DNA of 63,226 nt, the filler included, from Octopus bimaculoides (Eukaryota): NCBI RefSeq assembly GCF_001194135.2. It is 7 parts of 7 records of this genome, joined end to end, with 100 filler letters (N's around TTAATTAATTAA, not from the genome) between each part and the next. Parts side by side here need not be neighbours in the genome. Positions count along the whole stretch, not along the records: positions 56,748 to 63,226 come from NC_068998.1; 6 more parts are not named here. One strand, given 5' to 3'. A program made the position numbers and the translations under genes. A model generated the notes under the pieces. That model worked only from the letters and a program-made list of their open reading frames with translations, had not been told where the DNA came from and searched no databases. This document shows positions 62,130-63,226 of this stretch, one piece after another (position 1 is the stretch's first letter; the number at the start of each line of letters is the position of its first letter).

Positions 62130-62697
62130 CTTAAATATCCAGTAAACATTTTGGTGATGTCAACGTTATACTTCCATTCATCTTCCCACACGGCTGCAGA
62201 CTCAACATGGATGCCTATATCAAGTGCCTGGAGGAGGTAGTGCTGCCCTGGGCCAAGAGGGGGGCTGCTGGAAGACCTTATGTCTGGCAACAGGACTCTG
62301 CACCATGCAACATAAGGAGAACCCATTCATGGTTGTCAGACAATTTCTGCGACCGCATCACCACTAACATCTGGCCACTTAACACCTCAAACTGCAACCT
62401 CTCCAACCTCCTTGTTTATTATGTGTGGGTCGCAGTTAAGTGAGAGACCTACAAATTTCTCGGTAATACCAAAGTTGAACTGAATCCAAGGATTATGGCA
62501 GCATTCATCAACTTAAACAAGGATACAGTACAGAATGAGTTGCGGTAGTAGAAGCCAATAGCGATTTTATTGAGTAAATTTAATCTTAAGTATTTCAAGA
62601 TATTTTTATGTAATTTTAGTAAATATATCTGTTAAAAGGGATATCAAATGTTATTTTCATTTTCTAGTAATTAAAACATTTTATTCACCGCACCCTG
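62130..62697 (+). mobile_element. Tc1/mariner (DD37D maT-like) transposase C-terminal fossil with right TIR
   Basis: PFIFPHG...LNMDAYIKCLEEVVLPW...YVWQQDSAPC...WLSDNF...WP...YYVW; ends ATTTTATTCACCGCACCCTG|TA. Confidence 0.85.
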
Positions 62698-63184
62698 TAC
62701 AAATGTGGGCGTGTGCTTGCGCGGGCGTGTGTAATTGAAAAAAATTGATGTCAACAATAAGCGGTACAATGAATATATAAAACAGACGCACACCACATAT
62801 AGAAGAAAATTTGCCCCCCACACACCCAGTGAACTATCACAGCATTCAAATACACGAAAATCGAATATACTCAGAATACAATATAATTCAAACAAATTCA
62901 CTATTCAATACGACATTCTTACTCCCAAAATCCAAATCCAAGGGAGATAATTACGCAAGAGTAGAGCCCCTCGAATTATTGTTTTCTTCATGAGACTTTT
63001 CAGGAACTCATGAGATATTTCACGAACAACATTCCTCTGTGTTGTCGGCTTGAAAATTTGCTAAGAAATTAAGATATTTATTTTAATATAAAACCAATCG
63101 TAGCCTTAATACAGAAATGAAGGAATTTTATCTCTCAAGGTGATGTTCAGAACTCATTGTCGTTGTTCGGTATTTACGTGTATA

Positions 63185-63226
<42 letters not shown>

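Noticed and set aside
1-63226. CRISPR arrays, rRNA, operon-like or prokaryotic systems
   Set aside because: None seen; tandem repeats are microsatellites and the DNA is clearly eukaryotic

Overview
AT-rich, gap-riddled, microsatellite-dense metazoan DNA. The SINE families and repeat style suggest an octopod cephalopod such as Octopus (inference). Protein genes on the + strand: (1) an apparently single-coding-exon rhodopsin-class peptide GPCR (myosuppressin / sex-peptide / FMRFamide-receptor-like, 51612-52928, middle lost in an N gap); (2) two phase-compatible exons (3005-3533, 5794-6000) of a coiled-coil gene resembling the CENPJ/SAS-4 N-terminus, whose second exon is missing from the ORF track. 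The rest is repeat-derived: two abundant tRNA-type SINE families, decayed CR1-like and RTE-like LINEs, mariner/Tc1 fossils, an hAT MITE, Helitron-like ends and a Penelope-like GIY-YIG fragment. Most interesting: three sequence-unrelated type I hammerhead ribozymes within 8.4 kb (17738-17788 minus; 23764-23848 plus, inside a ~332-bp direct-repeat unit just downstream of the GIY-YIG fragment; 26063-26116 minus, preceded by its own 20-nt antisense), several decayed hammerhead-like motifs, and a U6 pseudogene fused to a SINE tail. All folds and alignments were done by eye. Most long ORFs in the track are artefacts of N runs and microsatellites.
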